In this document: positions 23,845 through 34,632 of the stretch, one piece after another
Numbering within the stretch: the first letter of the stretch is position 1
Layout of the letters: the number at the start of each line of letters is the position of its first letter
From: Phyllobates terribilis
Lineage: Eukaryota
Assembly (NCBI RefSeq): GCF_046119375.1
Contig: NW_027362772.1
Location: 72,850,001 to 72,914,000, forward strand
Length of the DNA: 64,000 bases
Reading direction: 5' to 3'
The notes under the pieces: model-generated
Databases searched by the model: none
Told to the model about the DNA's origin: nothing
The model's input: only the letters and a program-made list of their open reading frames with translations
Program-made: the position numbers and the translations under genes

Positions 23845-25060
23845 GATAGAAGAGATAAATTGATAGATAATAGATAGATATCTGTGAGATATATAATTAG
23901 TGCCTTGTGTGTGTTGGTTACTATAATTGTATTAAGCTAATAAATAAATAAAAAAAATGACATGGAGTCCCCCCCATTTTTGATAACCAGCCAAGGTAAA
24001 GCCGACAGCTGGGGGCTTATATTATCAGGCTGGGAAGGTCCCAGGTTATTGGGCCTTTCCCAGCCTAAAAATACCAGCCTGCAGCCACCCCAGAAGTGGT
24101 GCATCACATTAGATACAGCAATTCTGGCGCTTTGCCTCGGCTCTTCCCGATTGCCCTGGTGTGTTGGCAATCGGGGGTAATAGGGATTGGGGTTCCTGTG
24201 AGCTGTGATTTGTCAAAAATCACAGCTGGCATCAAGCCTTGGGGTTAGTAATGTACAGGTGTCTATCAGACACCCCCATTACTAATACAGTAATAATAAA
24301 AAAAAACACACAAAAAAATACTTTATTTGAATAACCAGTCCCCCACACTTTCCCTGATTCACCAATTTATTTTTAAAAAAAAACATGCAGCTCTGACGTA
24401 GTCCAGGGAATCCGGTGTAGTCCACAAATGGAAACCATAAAAAGAGAGAAATAAAAACAAGACACTGTCCCTCGTTCACCAATTTATTAAAAAAAAGTTC
24501 CCACACAACTCCGATGTAGTCTAGAGATTCCCATGACGTTCCCCGAATCCGGCTCATGCTGCGCTCAGCGAGACCTGGTGACTGTGAAGAGCGGTGATGT
24601 CAGTAATGTTACTGCTATTCCCAGTCCCCCAATAACCAAGGACCTTCCCAGTCTGATAATATCAGCTCACAGCTGTCTGCTTTACCTTTACTGGTTGCAA
24701 AAAATAGAGGGGATATCACTTTTTTTTTCATTCATTTATTTCTTTATTAGCTTAATACATGTACAGTAACCAACACACGCAAGGCACTAATTATATATCT
24801 TATGGATATCTATTATCTATCTATCTATCTATTATCTATCTATTATCTATAGCTATCTATGTATTATCTATCTATTATCCATCCATCTATCTATCTATTA
24901 TCTGTTATATCTATCTATCTCTATCTATTATCTACCTATCTATTATCTATCCATCTATCTATTATCTATCTGTATCTATCTATCTCTATCTATTATCTAT
25001 TAATCTTTCTATCATCTATCTATTATCTATCTATTTATCTATTATCTATCTATTATTTAT
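23845..25060. mobile_element. Inverted-repeat element whose ~90-bp arms run into oppositely oriented GATA/TATC microsatellites
   Basis: Left arm GATATATAATTAGTGCCTTGTGTGTGTTGGTTACT...ATTAAGCTAATAAA; right arm is its reverse complement (24735-24810). TATC array from 24805 to the gap. Confidence 0.7.
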
Positions 25061-25928
25061 NNNNNNNNNNNNNNNNNNNNNNNNNNNNNNNNNNNNNNNN
25101 NNNNNNNNNNNNNNNNNNNNNNNNNNNNNNNNNNNNNNNNNNNNNNNNNNNNNNNNNNNNNNNNNNNNNNNNNNNNNNNNNNNNNNNNNNNNNNNNNNNN
25201 NNNNNNNNNNNNNNNNNNNNNNNNNNNNNNNNNNNNNNNNNNNNNNNNNNNNNNNNNNNNNNNNNNNNNNNNNNNNNNNNNNNNNNNNNNNNNNNNNNNN
25301 NNNNNNNNNNNNNNNNNNNNNNNNNNNNNNNNNNNNNNNNNNNNNNNNNNNNNNNNNNNNNNNNNNNNNNNNNNNNNNNNNNNNNNNNNNNNNNNNNNNN
25401 NNNNNNNNNNNNNNNNNNNNNNNNNNNNNNNNNNNNNNNNNNNNNNNNNNNNNNNNNNNNNNNNNNNNNNNNNNNNNNNNNNNNNNNNNNNNNNNNNNNN
25501 NNNNNNNNNNNNNNNNNNNNNNNNNNNNNNNNNNNNNNNNNNNNNNNNNNNNNNNNNNNNNNNNNNNNNNNNNNNNNNNNNNNNNNNNNNNNNNNNNNNN
25601 NNNNNNNNNNNNNNNNNNNNNNNNNNNNNNNNNNNNNNNNNNNNNNNNNNNNNNNNNNNNNNNNNNNNNNNNNNNNNNNNNNNNNNNNNNNNNNNNNNNN
25701 NNNNNNNNNNNNNNNNNNNNNNNNNNNNNNNNNNNNNNNNNNNNNNNNNNNNNNNNNNNNNNNNNNNNNNNNNNNNNNNNNNNNNNNNNNNNNNNNNNNN
25801 NNNNNNNNNNNNNNNNNNNNNNNNNNNNNNNNNNNNNNNNNNNNNNNNNNNNNNNNNNNNNNNNNNNNNNNNNNNNNNNNNNNNNNNNNNNNNNNNNNNN
25901 NNNNNNNNNNNNNNNNNNNNNNNNNNNN
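25061..25928. other. Assembly gap (868 N)
   Basis: Run of N. Confidence 1.
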
Positions 25929-26371
25929 CTATCTCACGCATACGTTTCTTTAAGCGGACGTGTGAAGAGGCCTTATTTCTCTCCTGTCCGTGGCCACATG
26001 ATCTGATTTCCTTCGGCTCCAAAACCAATAGGAATGTATTATATCTGGAATACATATAGCGAATTATAAACCAATTAACTATTATTATTTTATTTTTCAA
26101 TCTTATTAGTATTAATTAATTTACTAAAACCAGCACAACAATCTTTCCGTGCAAAGTCCAACTCCTTGCATTTTGCATCACTCGTGATCCTGTGTAATAT
26201 TTATTATCTTTATTTATATATGATTTCATTTTGTTTAATAATATTGTGTATTATTGGAAAGTCAGCGATGACTGGTGTGGGGGGGGGAGCGTCATCCATT
26301 GCACCTGCAGTGTCCCAGCCCATGTCCCTTATCATCACACCATGTGTCACAGGAGAACAGCCCCTGCCAGG

Positions 26372-26537
26372 AGCCAATCACCGGGTGCAGCGGCCACAGA
26401 GACTACATGGAGCCTGTAGCATCACTGCCTGCAACTGCATCCACAGACTGTACCATTCTCCGCTGATCAAAGGGGTAGAAGCTTCCAAAAACCCAAATCT
26501 TCACCGAATGTCTGCAGGATTTCTTTAAGAGGACCAG
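26372..26537 (+). promoter_or_regulatory. Candidate promoter and non-coding first exon of the Kir6 gene
   Basis: NF-Y-type AGCCAATCA at 26372-26380 and a consensus donor CAG|GTAAGT at 26537/26538; the Kir6 coding exon has a strong acceptor and so needs an upstream exon. Confidence 0.45.
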
Positions 26538-27049
26538 GTAAGTGGGTCGCTCGCACCAGCCGGATTTTATTTCGCCCCCTTTCCTGAGGTCGATCCTTGT
26601 CTCCAAAGTCTTGCATCTCGGTTAATAATTGATGGCAGTGGAGAGGCCCGGTGTAACTGCACCCCAGCAGCTGACATAAAGGAGGCAAATGAAAGAGCAG
26701 AGCTTTGTCAGTGCAAAAAGGCATCATTTAACCCTTTCCGTCCCGAGAGGCGCTGACCCTGGTGCTGGAAGCAGACGGATCAATGATGCTAATGGTAGAA
26801 CCCGATCCAATGCGCTTAATTACCCTGGCACCGACAGACACCCATTATTAATCCTGCCATTAATGTGATATGAGACACCACTCCTGTCTGTATCTCAGCC
26901 CAACTTGTAGCTTTTCCAGCTGTTGCTAAAACTGCACCTGCTATTTTCAGGGCCATGCTGGAAAACTGTAGCGGTTCAAGGTGTCGTCCAACTTTGGAGA
27001 CTATTTTTTTTTTTTTTTCAATTAAATGTATTAATTAAAATATTTTTTG

Positions 27050-27455
27050 CAATCGGATTTCTTTAAAAAATGAGACACATTCACCTTTGATGTGGTCTTT
27101 GGTCATAAATCAGCTGAGAAAAAGAACGATAAAGGAGTTAGAAACTAACAACGAACTTGCTGAAGGATTCTCAGATAACTCGTTCTATAGAAAGCGCAGC
27201 ACAGGGGCTATAGAAGGCCAACGGTGCAAATTATTTAGTGGATTGAAACCCAATCGGATTTCTTTAAAAAATGTGACACATTCAACTTTGATGTGGTCTG
27301 TGGTCATAAATCAGCTGAGAAAAAGAACGATAAAGGAGTTAGAAACTAACAACGAACTCGCTGAAGGATTCTCAGGTAACTCGTTCTATAGACAGCGCAG
27401 CACAGGGGCTATAGAAGGTAAACAGTGCAAATTATTTAGTGGATTGAAACCCAAT
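27050..27455. repeat. Tandem duplication, 2 x 201 bp
   Basis: CAATCGGATTTCTTTAAAAAATG at 27050 and 27251; copies nearly identical. Confidence 0.95.
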
Positions 27456-28583
27456 TGCAAAAATTTCTAAATTTAAGTAAAATGTGCACAAGGATGGACA
27501 ACCCCTTTAAAGATGGGATTTAACTATTAATATAAGATTCTATTATTATGAAGATGATTATTATTATTTTAGACCGCCATGCAGCCACAGCTTTAATTTC
27601 AATGGTGACATGATAACCATGATGGAAATCTGCTATTACAAAGTCTACAGCATCCCCTCAATTCCATGCAGATTTTTTTTTCCGGCTACATGTGGATGGG
27701 CTTTAGAAAAAACAACTTTAAAATTATATTAATTATTCAATTAAAAATGCCCAGAAATCGTACTATCGGCCACATTAGTAGCCGTCTTAAGATCTGAATG
27801 TTCCTTTAATGGCGTATCAACAAGGTATTATTATTGATTGTTATTATAGCACCATTTATTCCATGGCGCTTTACATGTGAAAAGGGGTCACCAACTAGTA
27901 GAGAAGAGGAGCGAGGACCCTGCCCGCGAGGCCTCACAATCTACAGGGGATGGGTGAGGATACACTAGGTGAGGGTAGAGGAGGTCATGCAGTAATGTGG
28001 TGCAGTGGTGTTATGCACACGCCCGGGCTGAGCGGCGTGTGCGATTGTAGTGATTCCACTGGACCATGAACCGGAGAGTGCCTGGAGGGGCGTGACTAAG
28101 TATCTGGCCGATCCGACCAAGATGGCACGACGGCATACGACGCCAGTGCACCAGGGAGAAACCGGGCAGAGGAACCAGGTGCTACTCCAGGTCAAACTCC
28201 GGACACGGGGGTTGACCCACACAGGGATTACTGGATCAGGCTGGTTAGGCTGGCGCACAGACTGGAGGGTATAGGCAGGCACGACTGGTATGCAGGCAGG
28301 CGGGTAAAGGCAAGCGCAGCTAGAGTGCAGACAGGGAGGCACTAGCAGGTAGGAACACAGGCGGGATAGGACCCAGTACACACTGGGACTCAGGAACAAT
28401 ACAGGTAGAGGGGTACAGGCAAGCACAGCTAGAGTGCAGACAGGGAGGTACTGGCCGAAAGGACGGGCTGGAGCACAGAAAGGTTAAGACCCAGTACAGA
28501 CTGGGTCACAGAACCGCAGATGCGGTAGACAACCACAGCAGAGAGGGAACGCCCGAAGCGGTGGGCAAGAACAGAGCAGGACG

Positions 28584-29030
28584 GGGCTGCCGGAGCAGCG
28601 GGCAGAAGCAGGGCAGGACAGGACTGCCGGAGCAGCGGGCAGAAGCAGGGCAGGACAGGACTGCCGGAGCAGCGGGCAGAAGCAGGGCAGGACAGGACTG
28701 CCGGAGCAGCGGGCAGAAGCAGGGCAGGACAGGACTGCCGGAGCAGCGGGCAGAAGCAGGGCAGGACAGGACTGCCGGAGCAGCGGGCAGAAGCAGGGCA
28801 GGACAGGACTGCCGGAGCAGCGGGCAGAAGCAGGGCAGGACAGAACTGCCGGAGCAGCGGGCAGAAGCAGGGCAGGACAGGACTGCCGGAGCAGCGGGCA
28901 GAAGCAGGGCAGGACAGGACTGCCGGAGCAGCGGGCAGAAGCAGGGCAGGACAGGACTGCCGGAGCAGCGGGCAGAAGCAGGGCAGGACAGGACTGCCGG
29001 AGCAGCGGGCAGAAGCAGGGCAGGACAGGA
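28584..29030. repeat. 37-bp minisatellite, 12 copies, inside the LTR
   Basis: Unit GGACTGCCGGAGCAGCGGGCAGAAGCAGGGCAGGACA, nearly invariant. Confidence 0.97.
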
Positions 29031-29279
29031 CTCTGTTCACACGGAACAGACAGGAAGAGAAAGGCAGAGCCAGATACCAACAGGGTACTTGCAGTGAAGT
29101 AGCGAGTGGACCACAAACTCACAAACGGGAGTACAGAGACAACAAGCAGGAGTTAGGTACGAGTTCAGACTCTGCAGAAAAAGGAAGGGAACGGACATCG
29201 GACATAGAGGCAAAACAGGTAAAGGATAGGAGAGAGTTCAGACTGGAACTGAGTGTACGGAGGAGACCGACACTGCAGA

Positions 29280-29512
29280 GGGATACAGGAGCGGGTCTGG
29301 GAATACGGCCCCCAGAGAGGCGGGACGAACAGGCAAGGAGCGTGTTCAGACAGGACAGACAAGATACAGGAGCGGGTCTAGGTAATCGGCCCCTAGAAGG
29401 CGGGAGGAACAGGCTAGGAGCGTGTTCAGACAGGACAGACAAGATACAGGAGCGGGTCTAGGTAATCGGCCCCTAGAAGGCGGGAGGAACAGGCTAGGAG
29501 CGTGTTCAGACA
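29280..29512. repeat. ~82-bp direct repeat, 3 copies, inside the LTR
   Basis: GATACAGGAGCGGGTCT...GGAGCGTGTTCAGACAGG repeated. Confidence 0.9.
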
Positions 29513-32287
29513 GGCCTGGAAATACAGCCTCCAGGAAAGGCAGACAAGAGAACACAGAACGGGACCTGGCACCTTCAGAGTGCAAGCACACACTGAATGA
29601 AACACTATGCTCAGGCAGGAATAGATGGGAGCAGCTGAGCTATATACCAGGTGACAGACAGCAATAGGCTGAGGACGCACAAGGGGTGTGACCCACAGCA
29701 GGTACAAAAAGCAGGAAGTGATCGGGCGCCGCCCTTAAGCAGCAGAAACAGACACAAACAGACAGCATGGAGGGAAGCCAGAGAGACATTCTGGACAGGA
29801 GATCAAGTGCGCGCTCTTGCACAGTGGGAGATGGACCACTATGTAAGGACGCCGCCAGGTATGTTACAAGTGGTGTTTACTGCAGGTTGTAGGCTTGTCG
29901 GAAGAGGTAGGTCTTCAGGTTTATTTTGAAGGCTTCCATGGTAGGCGAGAGTCTGATGTGTTGGGGTAGAGAGTTCCAGAGTAGGGGCGATGCACGGGAA
30001 AAATCTTGTATACGATTGTGGGAAGAGGAGATAAGAGGGGAGTAGAGCAGGAGATCTTGTGAGGATCGGAGGTTGCGTGCAGGTAAGTACCGGGAGACTA
30101 GGTCACAGATGTATGGAGGAGACAGGTTGTGAATGGCTTTGTATGCCATGGTTAGGGTTTTGAACTGGAGTCTCTGGGTAATGGGCAGCCCGTGCAGAGA
30201 TTGACAGAGAGGAGAGGCCGGGGAATAGCGGGGGGACAGGTGGATTAGTCGGGCAGTAGAGTTTAGGATAGATTGGGGGGGTGCGAGAGTGTTGGAAGGG
30301 AGGCCACAGTGCAGGAGGTTGCAGTAGTCGAGGCGGGAGATGATGAGGGGGTGCAGTAGTGTTTTTGCACATTCTTGAGTAAGGAATGTGCAGATCCAGA
30401 AGATGTTTTTAAGTTTGAGTCGGCAGGAAGTGGAAAGGGCTTGGATATGTGGTTTGGAGGAGAGTTCAGAGTCCAGGGTTACCCCAAGGCAGTGAGCTTG
30501 CGGGGCTGGGGAGAGTGGACAGCCATTGACTTTGACGGATAGGTCAGTTGGGGGGGTTGAGCGAGGTGGGGGAAAGATGATGAATTCTGGTTTGTCCATA
30601 TTTTAGAAGTAGAGAAGAAGGATGAAATAGCAGACAGACATTGTGGGATTCTGGTTAGTAAGGAGGTGATATCAGGTCCAGAGAGGTAGATCTGTGTGTC
30701 ATCAGCATAGAGGTGATACTGGAAGCCGTGAGACTCTATGAGCTGTCCCAGGCCTAAGGTGTAGATGGAGAAGAGCAGGGGTCCTAGAACTGAACCTTGG
30801 GGGACACCAATAGATAGGGGGCGAGATGAGGAGGTGGTATGTGAGTGGGAGACGCTGAATGTCTGGTCTGTTAGGTATGCCATTAATGCCTGGTTGGTGA
30901 AATGGAGAAATTTCCAACGAGAAACTTTGGGCTGGAATAATGGAAGGTGGGATGGCCGATCCCCCTTAAAAAAATTTTTTTAAGGGATTGTCTGGTTTAG
31001 AAACCCCACTTTCCTATATACTATTAAACAATTCTGTGTTATTAAAGGGGGATCCCATGTCCAGGGTTCTCATCTCTTAGATAGAAAAGCGGCACAGGTT
31101 TAGAAGATGACATTCTGCTGCAATGGTTGGGATCGGAGCCAGCTCTGATCCTAGTCTATTAGCCACCTTAGATTCTGAAGTCAGTGGCAATGACAACATC
31201 CATTTGTTGGTAGAGGGAAGGGACTTGATCTGTCCACTCATCGGTGTCCCTATTATGCATTGACATGGCTGTGGGGATCTAATAAAAGCCCAAATAAATG
31301 CCATGGATGTGAGTCTTCTGGTAAGATACTGACTAGTTTATTACACTGTAAGAGTAGCACTTTGACCATTGGGACCCCCAACCATTGCAGAAGGATGCCA
31401 GCTGAATGTTAAAACTGACACCCACTGCTAATTGTGCTGGCACAGCTTTGAAACCTGTGCCATCCCTGCACTACTTGACAAGGGTAAAAGGGTTTCTCTG
31501 ATTTGGACAAACCCTTTTTTAGGTTCTTGAATAGGTATCTGATAACAAAGTGTCCCCCTATTCCGACCCACAAATCTTTCGGAAAACAAGGCAGTAAGGC
31601 CCCGATTCATCATATCTAGGTTTACGTGTATTTTTAAATTAACTTTTCCTTTTAGTCTTGTGGTCTTCATTGCTATTTTTTGAACCTAGTTCATGAATTT
31701 TTACATGGTCAAAAAAGTCTTTATTTTTGTCCTTAACCTTCCAAACGTTTCTGGCGTACATAAAATCACTCCAGGGAGGGAATGGAATACATTTGCTCAA
31801 AAATTTTCCAACTTTTTGAAAAAGTCACTAGTGATGAAGCAGGCGAAAACATCTGGAAAGCCCAAACCCAGCCCACAATGGCAAACATAAGAGAAAACAG
31901 ATGAACATATAAAAAGGTAACTTTTTAAAAAAGGCGCAAATGAAAAGATGAATATGGCGCAAATGAAAAACAGGCGAAAAATGCACAAAATATACAAAAA
32001 TAAAAAGTGCTAAAGGAATGACGAATTGGCCCCTAAGTGTTTCAATTCTACAGGGCAAATAAAGGGTTACAAAGTGCCCAAATGCGTTGTCTGTGAAATG
32101 AAGGACACGTCCTTAGAGGAAGATATATTCTTTAGAACCTTTCTTCAGTCTGGACGGGGGTCCCCTTTATAGAAACAGAACTATTTAATAGTGTATGAAA
32201 ATGGGTTTTCGAAACCTCTTTTTTTGTTATGTGGATTGGTCATCCCAACTTCCTCCATTTTTAAGATTGTATGGAAGACAAGGAGTT

Positions 32288-33098
32288 TTAAAGGGAATCT
32301 GTCAGTAGGATCAACCTTCCTAAGCTGTCTATATGGGCATGTAGGTGATAGGAAACTGAATAAAATGACACCTTGATATCTGTGATCCGATGTATTATTC
32401 CAGAGAAATCCACGTTTTTCCTAATACAACCCCTGGCAAAAATTATGGAATCACCGGGCTCGGAGGATGTTCATTGAGTTGTTTAATATTGTTGAAAAAA
32501 AGCAATTCCATAATTTTTTCCCTCTGCTTGGTCTGAAAAAAATTACCCTTACTGAGTACCACATTTTTAATCTTGATTTCTTTTAGTGTTTCTTAAAGCC
32601 CTAAAGTTGCCATTTGAAATGACCTTAGTTTTGTGCCATGTCTGTGATCTGCTTTTTTTCAACAACATTAAACAACTGAATGAACATCCTCTGAGCCCGG
32701 TGATTCCATAATTTTTGCCAGGGGTTGTATGTAAATGAGCTGTTAAGATCTATGGCCCTGAGATAGATCTCCCTGAGAATCCGTCTCTAGAGCTTATTAT
32801 AAATGAAAGGGTGAGTTATCAATGTGAGACATGTAGATCAGGAGAGCAGACTGTCAGTCACTACATGTCTCACACTGGTTAAGCCCCCTTTCATGTAAAC
32901 TAATCTCTTGATGCATTTAGATCTATGTCCCACCCATAGATCTTAACAGCTAATTTACATATTAAGAAAAACATGCATTTCTCTGGAGTAAGGCATCGGA
33001 TCGCAGATATCAAGGTATCATTTTATTCAGCTTCCTATGCCCTACATGCCCATATAGACTGCCAAGGTGGGTAGATCCTACTGACAGATTCCCTTTAA
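32288..33098. mobile_element. T2/Kolobok-type MITE hosting a nested Tc1-type MITE
   Basis: TTAAAGGGAATCTGTCAGTAGGATC...GATCCTACTGACAGATTCCCTTTAA; arms inverted over more than 150 bp. Confidence 0.92.
32427..32727. mobile_element. Tc1-type MITE nested in the Kolobok MITE
   Basis: TIRs CAACCCCTGGCAAAAATTATGGAATCACC, TA TSD at 32425-26 and 32728-29; the rejoined flanks match the host's opposite arm. Confidence 0.92.
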
Positions 33099-33390
33099 GG
33101 TGCGATTCTTAAGGTCCAAGGATCAGGAAGGGAAGTAAATGATATTTAGTTAGCCAAGTGCTTTTGATACATTAGGTAAAAATAGCTGTTCAAGCTGTCA
33201 GTAACCAATTAGCTCTTTTTTTATCAGTCTTATGAAATGAAATAAAACCCTAGCAGATGTCTCATTGTCCATTACAGAGTATTGCACAAGTGCATCTTTA
33301 GATAAGTTAAAAATTAGGCTTTTTGCACATTGTGCCAGGCATCCGAGAGATGTCCATAATACAATAAATCTTTTTTTTTTTTTTTTGCAG

Positions 33391-33417
33391 ATGAACCACC
33401 ACTTCTCCATAACTTAA
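33391..33417 (+). promoter_or_regulatory. 8-codon uORF (MNHHFSIT*) at the start of the Kir6 coding exon
   Basis: A polypyrimidine acceptor T16GCAG ends at 33390; ATG 33391 to TAA 33417 ends 24 nt before the main ATG. Confidence 0.6.
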
Positions 33418-33441
33418 TAGCGTTTCTTGCATCGTACAACC

Positions 33442-34632
33442 ATGCTCGCTCGGAAGGGGCTGATCCATGATGAATTCTTGTTAACCCGAATTGCAGAAGA
33501 TAAGGATAACCATCCTCAATTTAAGACCAAGACTAGGAAAGCACGATTCGTGTCCAAAAACGGTGCTTGCAACGTGGCCCATAAGAATATTCGAGAGCAG
33601 GGACGTTTCCTCCAGGATGTGTTCACCACCATGGTGGACCTGAAGTGGCAACATAGCTTATTTATCTTCACGATGACATTCATCTGCAGCTGGATGCTGT
33701 TCGCCATGGCCTGGTGGCTTATCGCCTTCGCCCATGGAGATCTAGACCCCAAGCGCAGCTCTTCTATACCATGCGTCACTAACATCCAGTCTTTCACTTC
33801 TGCATTTCTCTTCTCCATCGAGGTCCAGGTGACCATTGGATTTGGAGGTCGTATGGTCACTGAGCAATGCCCACTGGCCATAACAGTCCTCATCATTCAG
33901 AACATATCTGGCTTAATCATCAATGCTGTCATGTTGGGTTGCATCTTCATGAAGACAGCACAGGCAAACCGGAGAGCGGAGACCCTAATCTTCAGTAAGC
34001 ATGCCGTCATAGCCTGCCGGGATGGCAAATATCGCTTTATGTTCCGAGTTGGTGACCTACGCAAGAGTATGATTATCAGCGCTTCAATCAAAATTCAAGT
34101 AGTCAAGAAGACCACAACCAATGAGGGAGAGGTCATTCCAATTTCTCAGGTTGATATCCAGGTGGAGAACCCAGTTGGGGCAAATTCCATTTTTTTAGTC
34201 TCCCCTCTTATTATAAGCCATACGATTGATGAGAAGAGTCCTCTTTTCCATTTTTCGGCCTACGACCTCGGCGACCAAGATCTGGAGGTGGTAGCAATCC
34301 TTGAAGGAGTAGTAGAGACCACCGGGATAACTACTCAGGCGAGGACTTCCTACTTGACCGACGAAATCCTGTGGGGCCGTCGTTTTGTTCCGATTGTGAC
34401 GGAAGAAGAAGGTCGCTATTCTGTGGACTACTCCAAATTTGGAAAAACAGTGAAAATACACGGACCCCAGTGTAGCGCTAAAGACCTGATGGAAGGCAGG
34501 TATAATCTAATTTCCAGGGGTCAACCTTCTAGATCCGCGAAGAAAAGGAAAGGTGACAGCCAACAAGCTTCACTACTAGAAAAGAAAATGGCCACATATG
34601 CACATCCTAATGATTCTTCATCTGATTCCTAA
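33442..34632 (+). CDS. ATP-sensitive inward rectifier K+ channel, Kir6 family (KCNJ11-like; probable Kir6.3/kcnj11l), 396 aa, intronless CDS
   Basis: MLARKG..., [29 protein letters not shown] (the Kir6-specific GFG filter), [50 protein letters not shown]; ATG in ACCATG context. Family certain, orthology inferred. Confidence 0.97.
   Translation: MLARKGLIHDEFLLTRIAEDKDNHPQFKTKTRKARFVSKNGACNVAHKNIREQGRFLQDVFTTMVDLKWQHSLFIFTMTFICSWMLFAMAWWLIAFAHGDLDPKRSSSIPCVTNIQSFTSAFLFSIEVQVTIGFGGRMVTEQCPLAITVLIIQNISGLIINAVMLGCIFMKTAQANRRAETLIFSKHAVIACRDGKYRFMFRVGDLRKSMIISASIKIQVVKKTTTNEGEVIPISQVDIQVENPVGANSIFLVSPLIISHTIDEKSPLFHFSAYDLGDQDLEVVAILEGVVETTGITTQARTSYLTDEILWGRRFVPIVTEEEGRYSVDYSKFGKTVKIHGPQCSAKDLMEGRYNLISRGQPSRSAKKRKGDSQQASLLEKKMATYAHPNDSSSDS

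Larger units (their letters stand above)
28009..29868 (-). mobile_element. Solo LTR (Gypsy/ERV-like), 1860 bp, with internal tandem repeats
   Basis: TGTTA...GTTACA termini; 5-bp TSD AGTGG at 28004-28008 and 29869-29873; removing it restores a continuous L2 3' UTR. TATA-like GGTATATAGC on the minus strand near 29645. Confidence 0.88.
27826..30890 (-). mobile_element. L2-clade LINE (5'-truncated; RT C-terminal half and 3' UTR), split by a solo LTR
   Basis: [17 protein letters not shown]...[51 protein letters not shown]. The 3' UTR resumes at 28008 and ends in a (TAA)n tail near 27826. One frame break near 30600. Confidence 0.93.

Noticed and set aside
24759-26100. Long ORFs of 347-415 aa
   Set aside because: Artefacts of the TATC microsatellite and the N gap.
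27087-27470. 127-aa ORF with an internal repeat
   Set aside because: TTG start, no recognisable domain; the peptide repeat follows from a 201-bp duplication divisible by three.
28429-29122. Cys/Pro- and Gly/Arg-rich repetitive ORFs
   Set aside because: Translations of the stop-free 37-bp minisatellite in the LTR.
33427-33441. TTG-initiated N-terminal extension (MHRTT) of Kir6
   Set aside because: The ATG at 33442 has a good Kozak context and aligns with Met1 of Kir6.1 and Kir6.2.
33442-34632. Assigning the symbol kcnj11 or kcnj8
   Set aside because: Mosaic similarity and scaf1/rras synteny without a SUR neighbour fit neither; symbol left blank pending phylogeny.
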